A stretch of DNA of 63,727 nt, the filler included, from Lenisia limosa (Eukaryota > Protista > Breviatea), in NCBI GenBank assembly GCA_001655205.1. It is 7 parts of 7 records of this genome, joined end to end, with 100 filler letters (N's around TTAATTAATTAA, not from the genome) between each part and the next. Parts side by side here need not be neighbours in the genome. Positions count along the whole stretch, not along the records: positions 12,262 to 38,280 come from LPNZ01007710.1; positions 38,381 to 45,112 come from LPNZ01007491.1; 5 more parts are not named here. The stretch is one strand, 5' to 3'. The notes below the pieces were generated by a model. It was not told where the DNA came from, made no database searches, and was given only the letters and a program-made list of their open reading frames with translations. This document shows positions 29,391 to 42,739 of this stretch, piece by piece (position 1 is the first letter of the stretch; the number at the start of each line of letters is the position of its first letter). The position numbers and the translations under genes are program-made.

Positions 29391-32300
29391 TCAGTCATCA
29401 ATGGTTGAACACACAAACGGCAATGGTACGTCCCTACACTGTCACAGCTTCTGACGGGCTATTCGACACTTCGTCCCCCCGCCCCCATCTCACTAACCTG
29501 ACAGCTCGATAGCCCTCAGTGTTATTGATTTGCTCATTTTCAAGACGGAAAAAGTTCCATAACCCTCGTCTAAAGGTCAGCACTCATTAAAAGGGGGTGA
29601 CAATAAAAAATAAACATTGGGTATGGTTCCGAGGTCTCCTAAATGAGAAAGTAGGAATGATAGGTGAGTATCTTGTATGTTAATGCCTTTTCATAATACG
29701 AATCAGTGGATCTCATAAATACGATCGCATCATTTTGAGAGGCGTCAACCCACCGGAGAAGCTCCAAAGTGGCGTAAACAGCGATGACTGCAGGTGTGGA
29801 CAGCGCGAATGGATGTTTGATAAAGACGGGAACGACCCAAAGACATCGGAGGATCAGGTTCATGAACATGGCCGTGTAGTACCACTGATTTGGTTATACA
29901 ATCATCATAGCAGCTAATTTGACTTCCAAAGGCAATGTGAAAAGTGGTATTCAGAAAGACCCACCCCACCCCGGGCCATGAATACATGAGCTCAGCCCTC
30001 AAGAATGGGTATCGCGGCCGCGGACGCTGCAAGGTGCCGGAACCATTATCTGAATAATCAGTATGGCTCGGATTGGCTCGGTTTAGCATTTTAGAACTTA
30101 CAGGGGGAGCTTAGGGAGTCGTTAGCGGGAGGCTGGCTGAAGAGGCCCCAATCCAAGACATAGTCCCACCTTGAGCGTTACTTGGGAAGGAAAATGCGGG
30201 AACAGTTAAGGAAAAGTTATGATTGATATTTAAATTAATAGAAGTAAGAGACTTGTACTCACCAAAGGCTGTATCCAGTCTTAACAAGCGCTGATAAAAG
30301 CCATAAGAACCACAGCGTTGTGAAGCCTTGATAGTAAAAGGGGTGCTTTTGGAAGGCGGACGGTTGCGATGTAAACATTCAACCCTCACCAGTGGATTCC
30401 TCGTAGTAATGCAAAGTTGCAAAGAGTATCATGAAGAGGGACGTGGAATACTTCCCAGCATTGACTAAATGAGGAAATGCGTTCTACAAACAAGTCAATG
30501 ATGCCATGATGGTTAGTCAATAATGTCTTTCCCCCCGGATTGCAGGACCCACCCCTGTATCCTTCCATCGCCGCCCGCACTGCAGAAACCGCCACCAAAA
30601 CGGCAGCGGAGCCACAATCTGGGCCATCCAGGACTTGCCAGCCCCGACGCACTGTTCACCGTCTGAAAGTCAGCGCATAAAATTAGGCCGAATTCTCTAG
30701 AACATTGCGACGTTCTTGTAGTATATCAAGACCCCACTACCTTCCCAAAAAGCGCAAAGAGAAACAAAACACAACACCAAGAAAGGGACAATGGAGGTCA
30801 GCTGGTCGGCCAGGAAGAAGTCAAGGAACGAAACCTCAAATGTCAAATACAGTGGAAAGAAATGGAAAGATATTTCTTGGAAGGTTGCTTACAGGGTAGA
30901 AAGGAGCGCAAACAGATCTAATAAAAGCACCGCCAATAACCTGGAATGTAAAGGAATCACGGTTATTGAGGATACCACAAAATTCCGTCTTACCTTACGA
31001 CTCTTCCACCATAGGACTTTAGCTGGGCAAAACGCTCCAATAAAGAAGACTGCAACGAGTACCATGGGGAATGCCAACGGTTTAATGCCCAGGGTGAAAT
31101 CAAGGGTCTGTCAGGTTAGGGATAAATGTTTCAGAATTGGAACTGGGATGGAGCAATACTGCTGCTTACCGAAGCTTCCAGAACATAGCCGTAAAACGCC
31201 AGAGACCACACAATGGACAGCCAAGAAGCAATCTAAGAGTGTTACTTACCAATGAGTTTTCAGATGTACGCGTTAATGGGTCTTTAAACTATTTCACGAC
31301 TGAAGCGGTCCATGAATGGGTAAGTAACCCTGGCTTACATTTGTCAACTCATGTGGACTGAGGTATTTCCGAGGGTCAAGCTCGAAAATGAATACTCTGT
31401 TGACGTTGAATCTTGACCAGACTGCCACGTTGCCCGCAATGACCCAAGCAAGAATGACCGGCAAGGCCATGCCGGTGAATATCGCAAAACCAAGTTCCCT
31501 GAAATGTATGAGATGGGAAGACAAAGGAGGGGCATTGAGCCGTCAAACTTGTCTTGAATTGCACCAGCCGTCTTGAGGATGTAGGCTGTGGATGCCAGCA
31601 AAAACAATGAGCAGCCGGTCAGAAGACCCGATGAAAAGGCTGCAACAAGAGAGCTGCTGTAAGGCCCACCTTCTGCCGTTCGTAGCATCTGAGCAAGTTA
31701 TTGTCATGAATACCATTCGCCGTACCCACTCGTAGTTTGTCCATGGCTTTCTGTTTGTTGCCATCAGTAAAACAGTTGGCATACGACAATGCACAGCCTT
31801 GCTCCAAGGAATCAAGGGTGTCACTGTTCACCGACATTGGAAGGTCCTGTCATAGGGTTAGATATTCAGAGTTGAGACTTATTTTTTTGTCATCAATTAA
31901 CACAGCTTTCTACATTCCTCCAGATGCCCTACCATGAGATCCTTCAAAAGGGTGTCCTGAAGGTCGTACGACGTGTATTTGTCATGTTTCTTTATGATCT
32001 TCACAATGGCAGTCAAGTTCATGACGCGAAATGATTTTAACAAATGAATTCCGCGATATAACCTGGAGTATTGTAAGAGGTCGTTGATTTTATGAACAAG
32101 AGTGATCAAATTTAGGATATTTTCAACCAACTCAATATAAGCTGTTTTGATTTGTTTCCTGGCCTTGCCTTTACGGATGCGCGGTCCTGACTAGAATGTA
32201 AATAGTGTTTTACAAAATTGTTCGGCTACTGAGCCGAAGGAATTGATTTAACCTTATCAAGCATTTAAAGGCCATCTAACACACCTCATCATCGGCTCCA

Positions 32301-32962
32301 TTCGACTCCAAAGACTACACAAAGTTAACACAAGACAGCGAAGTGTCTCCACGCCCATGTCACCACATACCTGGAAGTAAACGCCCTGGTGCTTCAATTC
32401 CGACAGTCGGCGGCCAAACTCATCCAGGCGGTCCATGAAGAAGCAAGACGCGTGTTGAGCGTAGTGTGTGAGTGTGGACTCAAATATCTGCGATGTTAGA
32501 CAGCCATTCATTTTTGTTAGAAATGTCAAATTGTTACCGAAATCATTCTGGACTATTTGTCTGTCTGTAAACGAACCTCTTCCTCAATAACCACGTCTTT
32601 TCGGAGGTCCGAAACAGTGTCCTCCGTGCTCCTTAGCTGCTTTGTTACATATCGAAATAACAACTGGGTCTCTACTCATTTATTGGTACATGTTGGTGTC
32701 CACTTCAAAAACCAAATATGCTTGAGTGATCTTGCTCTTTTGTCATGGAATTTCGCTCACCTGTGAAGAAGTGCCTTGAGAGTCAATAAATGAAATGGTA
32801 AAGCCCAAATGCCAAACCATTGGCGTCTTTGAGGAGTGAGTTATTCAGGAGATCCTCCTGGTATTGAATGGTCTTGATCTGCTTTTTGAGATGCTTGTAA
32901 GAGATATATGCTGGGCGCCATTCCTCGACAGCAAGAGAGACAAGACTCTTTCCAAACTTCAT
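29391..32962 (-). CDS. XPR1: SPX-EXS domain phosphate exporter (XPR1/SYG1/PHO1 family)
   Basis: MKFGKSLVSLAVEEWRPAYISYKHLKKQIK (SPX); [63 protein letters not shown]..* (EXS C-terminus). Confidence 0.95.
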
Positions 32963-33343
32963 TTGTCAGATGGCGGGGTGACTGGTCACAAGCATTTGAC
33001 TATTGTCCCGTTCCCCTTCCTTTTTTTATCACAGATTAGGAATGTATAATTAATAGGGCAGAGGCAGAGGGCAGTTGGAGGGCAGAAAGACTGGAAAGGT
33101 GCAGAAACGGCTTCCAACCGTGGGTGGGTCCAGTCCAAGTCTTTGGACTCCCGGCTCGGGGAAAGAAACGGCCCAAAAACACAGAATAATATAAACCCTA
33201 CAGAAATACCTTAAATTTGTTTTTTCATGGATTTTTAATAGAATTTTAATACAACAACGCTACTATGTATGTTCTAGCGTATATGCATATAATAATATTA
33301 TCTTAACCATTTCACCACTGTTGTCTTCAACAAACGCTTCATA

Positions 33344-36300
33344 ATGCCGTATGACTCATTTTCTCCGCATCTGACGCTGCCCTCAGCGTCAGTCCTCTCC
33401 CCAAGTCTTATCTCTTTGGGTAATGAAAATGAAGTGCCCGAAGACCGAGATGTCATTGACAAACGGCACAACTGGGATGTTTATTCTCATATGACATCTC
33501 AAACTTCAATGGTGAGTTCTACGTTGCCTGTAGTTTCTTCAAAGACCATGTTAGAGTGATAACGAATTATATTCATGCATCTTTTGAGAAGATTTAATGG
33601 TTCAGAAGGCCAACAAGACGAAACAAATGCACAACGTTCAGAGTAACGAGTAGGCGTGGAGTGCTTTTGTGCTTTATACATCACACAAACTCTTGAAAAT
33701 GTTATATCATGCAAAGTGTTGTGGGAGAAGAAGTGGGGTGACTTTGGAAGTTGGTCAGTCCCGTCAGCACTTCCACTTCGTTCCTTCGGCCTTTGCTGCG
33801 CTGACTCACCCCCAGACTCATTTCATCCGGAACACTGCAGTCCTACCAAATTGGGGGGTCAACTCGACAGTTTTCAAGATCCTTTTGTGAGTCGGGCTGC
33901 ATACACATTTTCCGTACATTAGAAATGGCGCTGTGTTATAGGAGAATGAGAAAAATGACGACGATATAGTGTCACAGTTGTGGCTCTCATATTGTTCACG
34001 GGGTATAAGATGTGATGGCATATTGTTCACGGGGTATGCACGGTGTCTGGTTTGGGCTATTCTCTGCAATTCAATCCGCGGGTCACCTTGCAATTTGTAG
34101 TTTCTCAAAAGCCGAAAACCGTCTCCATTGGCAAATGCATGGTCATAGTTGTCCTTTTGTCGTCACTAAGTGAGTGGTTTCTGTTTCTTAATTTTGGAAT
34201 TCTGCCCCTCTGAATTTTCTCACACCTAGCTTTGATGATGCTGTTCCTTGCAACACTGTACTTCCGCGGCTTCGAAATTATCTCGGAAAATCACCAAAGC
34301 CAAGCTGCTATATGTGAGTCTTGGCTCTCCATTCCAGCACTGTCTTTAGTCGCCAGAAGCCTTCGGCCCAAATGGCGCCCCTCTCGTTTGTTCACTGTTT
34401 TAGCTCAAGTCCAAGCCCTTAATGAGATTAACCAAATTTTTGACCGAATCTCGAAGGCTGTAACTGGTGAGTGAGATTAGTTGTTTCACAATTGGACCCG
34501 TTTTTCACCTTTTAGCTTCCGCCAGTGTTCTACAGAGTAACTACTCCCCACTTTCGGTTTGTTGGCGTTGAATTGCCGTATTCTTTCACCTGTTCCTTCA
34601 CCTTTTAGGGCAACGTAGTGGATGCGAACGTACTTAAGTACCTCTATTCGGTTTTCCTACAGGTAGGATTGTGCCGCTTCTCTCCTCTTGATATACAATG
34701 AATATCTATATCCTCATTTCAAGGAAATAAACCTCACTGAATCAGGACGTTGGTATCAGCTCTTCCGTGTTTATGGTGCTAGCTGATAAAAAACTACATG
34801 GTTACATGTACTCTGAAGCTGGTATGTGTTTTGGAACACTTTTAGTTAAGCGTTTGCACCTTCCTCACCTCTTAGAATCACGACACCTCTTGTGGATCCC
34901 CTCTGATGATTCCATTTTGGAATACTATTGCAACTCCAGTTCGAGGACTTTGGACATCCTGCCCTGAATTCTTAACATTTATCCAGCCTCTGACTCCCTC
35001 CACCAGATGGACAAAAGACGTACTTTAGGCGGTCACTCCAGATGCAAGGGGACCACTACTGGATGAGCTCTGATTCTGTGTCCGAAATGGTGAGGAGCTG
35101 GTACACCTTATCATGATTAATACTTTTCACGTGAACAGTTCAAGTATCGAATTGACCACACCCCCCAGGTTACAAAGTGGACAAAGTTTTACCTCTGGGA
35201 AGGCTCAATTTGGATCTCATGTGTGCAAAACATTCATCTTGATGGATCGGCCCTTGCCGTACTTGGCAAGGACATCGAAGTCACCCATTTACAGGTTTGT
35301 GGCAAATAAAACTCAAAACCCACTCCTCGCTTTTTTTCTCCTTCTTCACAAGTGTAGACAATATTCAACCGTATTGCCCCCCACGAAAAAGTCAAGCGGG
35401 TTCTACTAACACAGGACGGGCTTGTGGCGGCGTCTACTTTCGATTCCTCCGTATCACAGGTAAGAATCAATTATTGGTATGAGATTGTTGTGATATGATA
35501 CAGTTGTTTGTATGTCATTGGCTGACGGTGTCTGTCATTTGTTCCATATCATTATATCATATGTATGATATTGGATACACACTTCTGTTTTTGTGTTTCG
35601 GTATGAAGCCTATTTCACTTTGAAGGGTGTTGGATCGCAGAAGTCTCTTATCCACTATTTGAACTACACTGAGCCTTTAGTCAAGGTCTGTGGGGTATGC
35701 TGGGCCTTTAGTCAAGGTCTGTGGGGGTATGTTTAGTATTCCAATGGAATTTGAAGTTCACCTTCTTGCTCAGGAATTTGGCAAAATTGTTACGGACGGG
35801 CAGCTTTTCCTTGACCTTTTCATCACGAATCACACATTCACGTTTACCTACAGTGGAAAGGTGAGGGCGTCAGCTGCGCGCTGCCTGTAATGTTCTCAAA
35901 GTTTTGGTCAAGATAGAGATAACATTGACAATCTCTCAGGATAATAATTCAGGTTTGGGTGTGTACGTCTTCATCTGTTCACTCTACCGTCACCTTTCTG
36001 ATTGTGCAATTCTATGAAGTAGATTCAGCATTCGGTGAGTTGGGCTTTTGCTTTTCTAGGGAGCGGGGCTATTATGTATTACAGACCGCAATAAAATTTT
36101 ATTGTCATATCTCATTGCTTAGACTATGTGATGGAGGTATCGCAAATTACCCTCATTCTTTCGGCCTTGTTTACCTTTTTCTTCGTCATAATCGCCCTGC
36201 ATACAGGCAAGTTGTTCAACAAAAAACTAGACATGGTTTGAGACGGACGCATTTGGCTCTTTCAGTATTACATGGGTTTACTCATTAGGTGCTGAAGTCC

Positions 36301-38280
36301 GCGTACCCTCGAAATCGCCCCATAGTTACCTGGTTCAAGTTGGAGAGGGGGGGTTGAACTTAGTAGTGGAAGGAGCTCCTTTGCAAAGAGGCTTTTGTTT
36401 ACATGTTGCTGTAACGTTTCAGGGAAATTGAGACAATTGAGGCAGCAATTGTTTCATTACACTCAAACGCAACAGTATGATGGGTTACTAGGAAATGAGA
36501 GGGTTCACTTTCTCCAAAGTGCAGATGCTACAATATTTATGATATAAAGTAGTAATATATTATGTGATACCATGTACTAATATATCATAATATGGTATGC
36601 ATTATATGTGTTCCATTTTTGACATTTGTAGTCCCCCAAAACTCTCCCAAACTTCGCCAAGATTGAGCGAGAATCCCATTTCCGCTCTCACGACAGCCGT
36701 TTGCATGACAGTGGGTTCTCCACCCTTCATTCCTTTCTACCTTTCATTACTGCCGACACTCGTTATACTCATCATCACAGCGTCTATGGTGTCAAGTTCT
36801 CTCTTTCCTCCCACCCCAGCCACAAGACCCTCACATATGGTCATGTTTGTGGGGCTGAAACTACAGATATGTTGGTGGTGTTGACAAGTTCTTATTACTA
36901 TTATTTGTCCACTGTATGAGTGCTAATCGGTCTCACACTGCAGTATTAGTGCTATGATGGATAACATGGCGGAAGTCATCTCCAAACGTCCAGCTGATAA
37001 GGCTCATGTGGTGAGGGAAGATCCTGTCTCTTTACATAACATTAGAACTGCATGGACATTTTGACGTTCTAGTTTCTTGATGCCTATCTTTCTTCTATAA
37101 ACGAGGTCATTTCAAGTAACGAGTAGGCAAACAAAATCATTTTATTTGACGAACAACAATAACAGAGCCTTGCTGACATTGACCACCTAGTGCATCAGTG
37201 ATCTACTTGACAGGTAGCAATATGATGATACTTTTCGATAGCTCTCAAGAATCTGAAAATAACCGGGTATGTCGATGGCCCAAGTTCCTTTTATCTGCCC
37301 CAATGTTTTTTTTTTCTGTTACTCCTCTTGCCGCAGGTTTCCATCACGGAAAGAGCGCTAGCCTCAGCCCTGGAAATTGTGTCGTCCTTCTCGGATCTGA
37401 ACGACGTTTGGAGGGCCACACCACCGCCCTCGGTGGGTGTTGACTTTTCTTTTAGTCAAAAACAAAGATTGAATGGATAATCATGAATATTTCCTTCTAA
37501 GCTCTTTCCACACCTTATACACAACTTTGACCACTTAGATTCGTCAAGGCATCCAGCAGGGTGTTGTGCGATACATCCACACCAACTCGCAGTATTCGTC
37601 AGGAAAAAGTATGGCAAATCCTTTGAACACCTTTCATTACTCCACAATAACTCTCTTTTTAGGTTTCTTTGGTGATGCTCTTGCCCAAGCTTGTAACCTT
37701 GGTTGGTCTTATTGAGAGTGTTTAACATTCCATTCATTGTGATAATGTTCAATGTTATTCCTTCCTTACATATTAACCAAGTGCCTTTTTATGAATTCAA
37801 TTAACGACGGCTCAGCTGCTGCCAACGAAATTCACAAGACCAAAATCCTGACCACCGATCAAGTCTTGAAAGGTGCAAACACCAAAAACCTTCTCATACG
37901 CGAAATCCATGACCTCCCCGCTTTGAACACAGTAGGCTTTAGCTTGTAATTTAGGAGGATTATTAAAGGTTTCCTTGGAGGTAATTGAAAACCTGATAGC
38001 TCCTGACTTTCCAGGAAGAGACAATCATGGAAATCCTTGGCCATGTACACACTGACCCTGAAATTGTGGTATGTGGGCTTCTNNNNNNNNNNNNNNNNNN
38101 NNNNNNNNNNNNNNNNNNNNNNNNNNNNNNNNNNNNNNNNNNNNNNNNNNAAAAGGGCCACAAATGAGATCACCCGTTCACCCTCTAGGCACAAGCTCGG
38201 GACTACGATGAAGCAGTTGAGATGCTCCGAATAGGAGATCTCTCTGCAATGGAAGCCTACCTCAGAGTCTGGACTGAAGT
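33344..38280 (+). CDS. Large multi-exon protein of unknown function, 3' cut by spacer
   Basis: Regular short exons with GT-AG borders from MPYDSFSPHL.. to ..AQARDYDEAVEMLRIGDLSAMEAYLRVWTE; no family recognised; could be more than one gene. Confidence 0.55.
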
Positions 38281-38380
38281 NNNNNNNNNNNNNNNNNNNN
38301 NNNNNNNNNNNNNNNNNNNNNNNNTTAATTAATTAANNNNNNNNNNNNNNNNNNNNNNNNNNNNNNNNNNNNNNNNNNNN

Positions 38381-38500
38381 GGTTGGGGGGGGGGGGGTAA
38401 TCTGAAAATTTATGAAACAAAAAAAGCCAAAATCAACTCTGTTGGCTGACAACGCACGAAGGTTACAAAAAACAAACAGTCGCTTCTGCATCGCCGCATC
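38381..38500 (-). repeat. Family A element in reverse, starting with gtt-G(n)
   Basis: ggttggggggggggggg taatctgaaaatttatgaaacaaaaaaagccaaaatcaactctgttggctgacaac. Confidence 0.8.
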
Positions 38501-38699
38501 CCATCACCTGGCCCCCCACAAACATACAGTTACACCCCCCCTCTCTCTCTCGCAAGTATATCTATGATAGTCACAGCTTACTTATTTCAACGTATTCGGT
38601 TTTCGCTATTCAATGCATACTCAATTTGTTCTACAGTCAACCACTTTGTATTAATGCCTAGTATCAAATGATACTTTTAAACAAAAATAATCATTGTAA

Positions 38700-41600
38700 C
38701 GTCGACAGGACAAAGCCCTGTGTGCAACCTACGCATTGTGTGACAAAGCGTTTGGGGGCTAGAGTGCTTTTACCAAGTAGAGCATATTACGCAGATGGAT
38801 GAGAAATATTGTAATGATAGATAAATAATAAAAGATATATCCACAGTTTTCTAGGATTTATAGAGAAATTCAGTCTTTTCGGACCGAAGCCATTACCTGG
38901 CCAACTGACACCACAGGGGACCTTCAGGCTTACTTGGTACATACATCGACGTTTTGNNNNNNNNNNNNNNNNNNNNNNNNNNNNNNNNNNNNNNNNNNNN
39001 NNNNNNNNNNNNNNNNNNNNNNNNNNNNNNNNNNNNNNNNAATGTTAATTGTATTTCTCGTTTTTATGAGTTGGGAGTTTTTTTATCACATACTATATTT
39101 ATACCAATATTTATTAGTTGTTATTATTCAACCTTTTTTGTTTTGTTGTCACCAGTTATTAGTCCACAACTGCAGCGGATGCGGATTCCTTCTATGAGTA
39201 TCTAATGAAGGTGAGGGTCGGAGATTCCCCTTTGTTTCAGCTCGCCTTTTCGTATTATCCCAAGTCATAAGTCATGAACTTTTTGAGCATTTGGATTTTA
39301 TTTTCATTCTGCTTTTTGCGTTTAACGTTACTTCCAGTCTGCATTGAAAATTTAAGGCTTTTTAAAATCTCGAATGCAGCTCTCTCATTAACACCTCAGG
39401 CTGGGCTTCTGCTTCATGATAACCAGCTGATAGCGTGCTTCCAGAAATCGGTGGCTGGAGTGGACTTGGTAGGTTTTGCGAAAATGGAACATTTATATTA
39501 TATCAGTAAGTATTCCCACAATAATATTGCAACCTAAAACAATCTAATGTGATAATGCTCTCCTGATTCTTCAGAACCTTCGATTTGGTCCTTTCATTGG
39601 TCAGAGCACTATTGACGCTAAGTTAGAGGGGTGAACAATTTACTATCTTAATAAAATGGATAGACACGGTTTGATACCAATTTTTTTGAGTTCTCATTTC
39701 CACATACTCATACTAAAAAAATACTATGAGTAAAGTGAAGCCTTTGGTTTCTGAGACGTTTTGAACTGACCTAATTAGACCACCAAAATTATCTCCGCTC
39801 TCCCGACTTAAGCCAAACCTAACCATTGCTAAGGTGGGGGTGGCTCTGATTACTCCTGATTGGCGGACAAATTCGATAAGAATCACCATTTTTCTATACA
39901 CCATTATTGAATATTGATCACATTTTTAGACTCCATTGTTAGACCGTTTTAATCAGACGCTGTTTGTAAACGGAACATTTATGACGTACAGACCCTCACC
40001 AAACCCCACAACTCTCCAACACTGTAGTCTTGGTGAGGAAAGAAAAGTTCTAGCAAACTTCAAATATCGATATGTGTTAACTGTGGCATAATATCTATTA
40101 TTTTGAAAGATATTCTATTTTGGATTGTTATTTTTCGTCTGCTAAAGTTTCATTCCAAAAGGATTATTTTTGACAAACGATCATTATACTGACTACTAGG
40201 CTGCTTTTGGCCCGGAATGGAGGTTATGGCGGGTAGGGCATCTGTTGGACTGGAAATGCTTCTCAGTACTATTGAGGTATGTTGGTATAGTAATTATATT
40301 TGATTAGTATTACACTTCAGGTTTTCCAGTAAACGAAATTCTTAATAAATCCTAGTTAATAGATATATGTATATGTTCCCATTGGTTTTTATCTAGCTCC
40401 ACATTTATATCATATCATATTTATTTACTCTCTGATATTGTTTTGAAAACAGTTGAGTCTTTTTTGCTCATGTTACCTTGGTTACCAAGTAATTTCTCAA
40501 GATCGCTATGAATCAATTTGGCGCCCTACCTGAATGGTACAATCTGGCATCTGGAGCTGTGAGAGGAGCAGAAAGTTACACGTGGTATTATTAATCGTTA
40601 TTGTATTGCATATAGACGGCAACGTGCAGTCTTTGCCACTCATTGAGCTTCATTATCTTGAACATTCATGCTCAAAAAACCTGGAATCAATTTATTATAG
40701 CTAATATACAGTGTATGTATCTTCGAAGAGCTAAAGACCACAATTGATAATGCCTTTTTGCACGGAATAGAACCCCCAATTGTGAATAACGTGGTATCAT
40801 GTTACATTTTAGGCCTCAGGCGGGTATCTGCTTCGTCCAGAGGTTATGGAATCCATATTTTACCTTCACGACCACTATCAAAGAACAAATGTAGGACTGA
40901 GGAATGGAAAGAGTGGTTTTTATACCAGACATCAACAACGCTCAGCGTATCTGTACGAACTCACTCCTCAGCAATCGTCATCATCTGACCTTCTTGAAAG
41001 GCTCGCAGTGGCGTATGTGCATATTCTTGAAGAGGTTGCAGTTGGAGCTATAATAGAAACCTACCTACCTTTAAACTGGCCATGTTAATACAAACATTAG
41101 ATTGCATATCCCAACCATACGTTTTGGTGCGTTACTTATTCTATTGGTTTTAAAAACAATTTTGCGAAGTTTCTATGCATTAATAGACGCTTCTTAAAAT
41201 AGTAATTGTTTTTGCATCACCTGATATCAATCACCCAGGTGACACTCGGTTTTTTTTAACTTCAATTGAGCTAGGCTTTAACTTTATAACCTCAACAAAT
41301 TTTGTGTCTTCTTTCCAGAGCACAATTTAGCCCGTTCACAACCTAGGCGCATACCACACCTTGTGGCTACTCTTCGATTGAAAACACGGTCACTCGCGAG
41401 CGCGGTGATGCCATGGAGTCTTTCTTCATTACGTGGGGGAGGTGGCCGATATTTTCTCTCTTTTTACTCATAAATAGTTTCTGTGTTCGAAATTATGTAT
41501 ATTTTTTAACATTGCTTCAGTGAAACCCTGACGTACCTCTACCTCACTTTGACGCCCTCTTCTGAGTTCACACCTCTTCGCTACATTTTCACAACTGAAG

Positions 41601-42290
41601 GTGTGAGGGATGTTTGTTTTGTTCAGAATGGAAAGTGTTTTCGTTTGTGGACAAAATTCATAATTTATGTTGTATTAGTTGTTAATCTTCATTGTATTAT
41701 TGAAACTATCTTGATTTGAAATATTTTTATGTCTTCCTTCTGTTCCTTCTCTTATTGTTTCAGCTCATCCGCTCCCATGGTTCTCAAACTCCGTTCTTCC
41801 AGGCAGCTTTCAGCGTATGTTGGCTTCACTGGTTATTTTTATGGTATATTCTTATTGAAAAAGTTAGTCAGTGCTTATGTTGTGATTTTTCTTTATTTTA
41901 CTAGTTCTGCCAACCCTGAGTGTCTCGGTTTCTTCTCGAAGGTACAGGGAGATTAATTTGAAAATTTACTTTCACCACTCTGATATAATTTTTATTCAGC
42001 AAAGATATCTGTATTATAAATAATATATGAGCAACAGTAATTATTTGCAAAATAATTTTCAACAATAATTGTGTTGTGTGCATATTGCTGGCATAATATC
42101 TGATATAATAACTCACACCCAAGTTTTGTCGATAATAATTACCTCCAGCAATCCCAACAAGATGCACCTTTCGTCCCTAACCCGGGCCGTACTGGAGGGT
42201 GTTCCTTCGGTTTTGTCGTCATGGAGGCTCGGAACCCCGCTTCCGGTGGACTTGGTTGCCGAAGCTGATACTGAATCTGTTTGCGGTTGA
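38700..42290 (+). CDS. Glycoside hydrolase family 47 alpha-1,2-mannosidase (EDEM/MNS-like), 5' part missing or uncertain
   Basis: ADSFYEYLMK; FWPGMEVMAG; FGALPEWYNL; YLLRPEVMESIFYL; CGYSSIEN..DAMESFFI.ETLTYLYL..YIFTTEAHPLP. Confidence 0.9.
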
Positions 42291-42739
42291 CCTTTATTGT
42301 ATTAGTTAAACCACACCAAGAAACTATCATAGATTTACGAACAAACAGTTTCGGTGAGGTGAAATGAGCGAAACAAGATTTGGGGAGTTCAACAAGGGAT
42401 ATGTAATTAATCATTAAATCTCTTACAAAGCGCCTTCCTGATATGAGAAATCCATCCCATAAACTTTCAGGGACTAATTATTGGGCCTCATGTGTAAAGC
42501 AGGTTAAATATCGCCGCTCTAGTGTTTAAAGTTGGAAGAAAGCTTAAATAACACAAAAAAGGGTTGAAAACCCAATCAGTCCTTCTTCATTAAAAAGACA
42601 GGCCAAATTAACTTTGCTATTGTTTTTTTTTGTCTTATTTGCACGTTTTCTTGTCCGTTTTTGTTTTCCTTGGCCGTTCTGATTGTCAGCTGTTATTTAT
42701 TTCCGAAACCCCCCTCCCCTTTTTTTTATTACCCTACCC

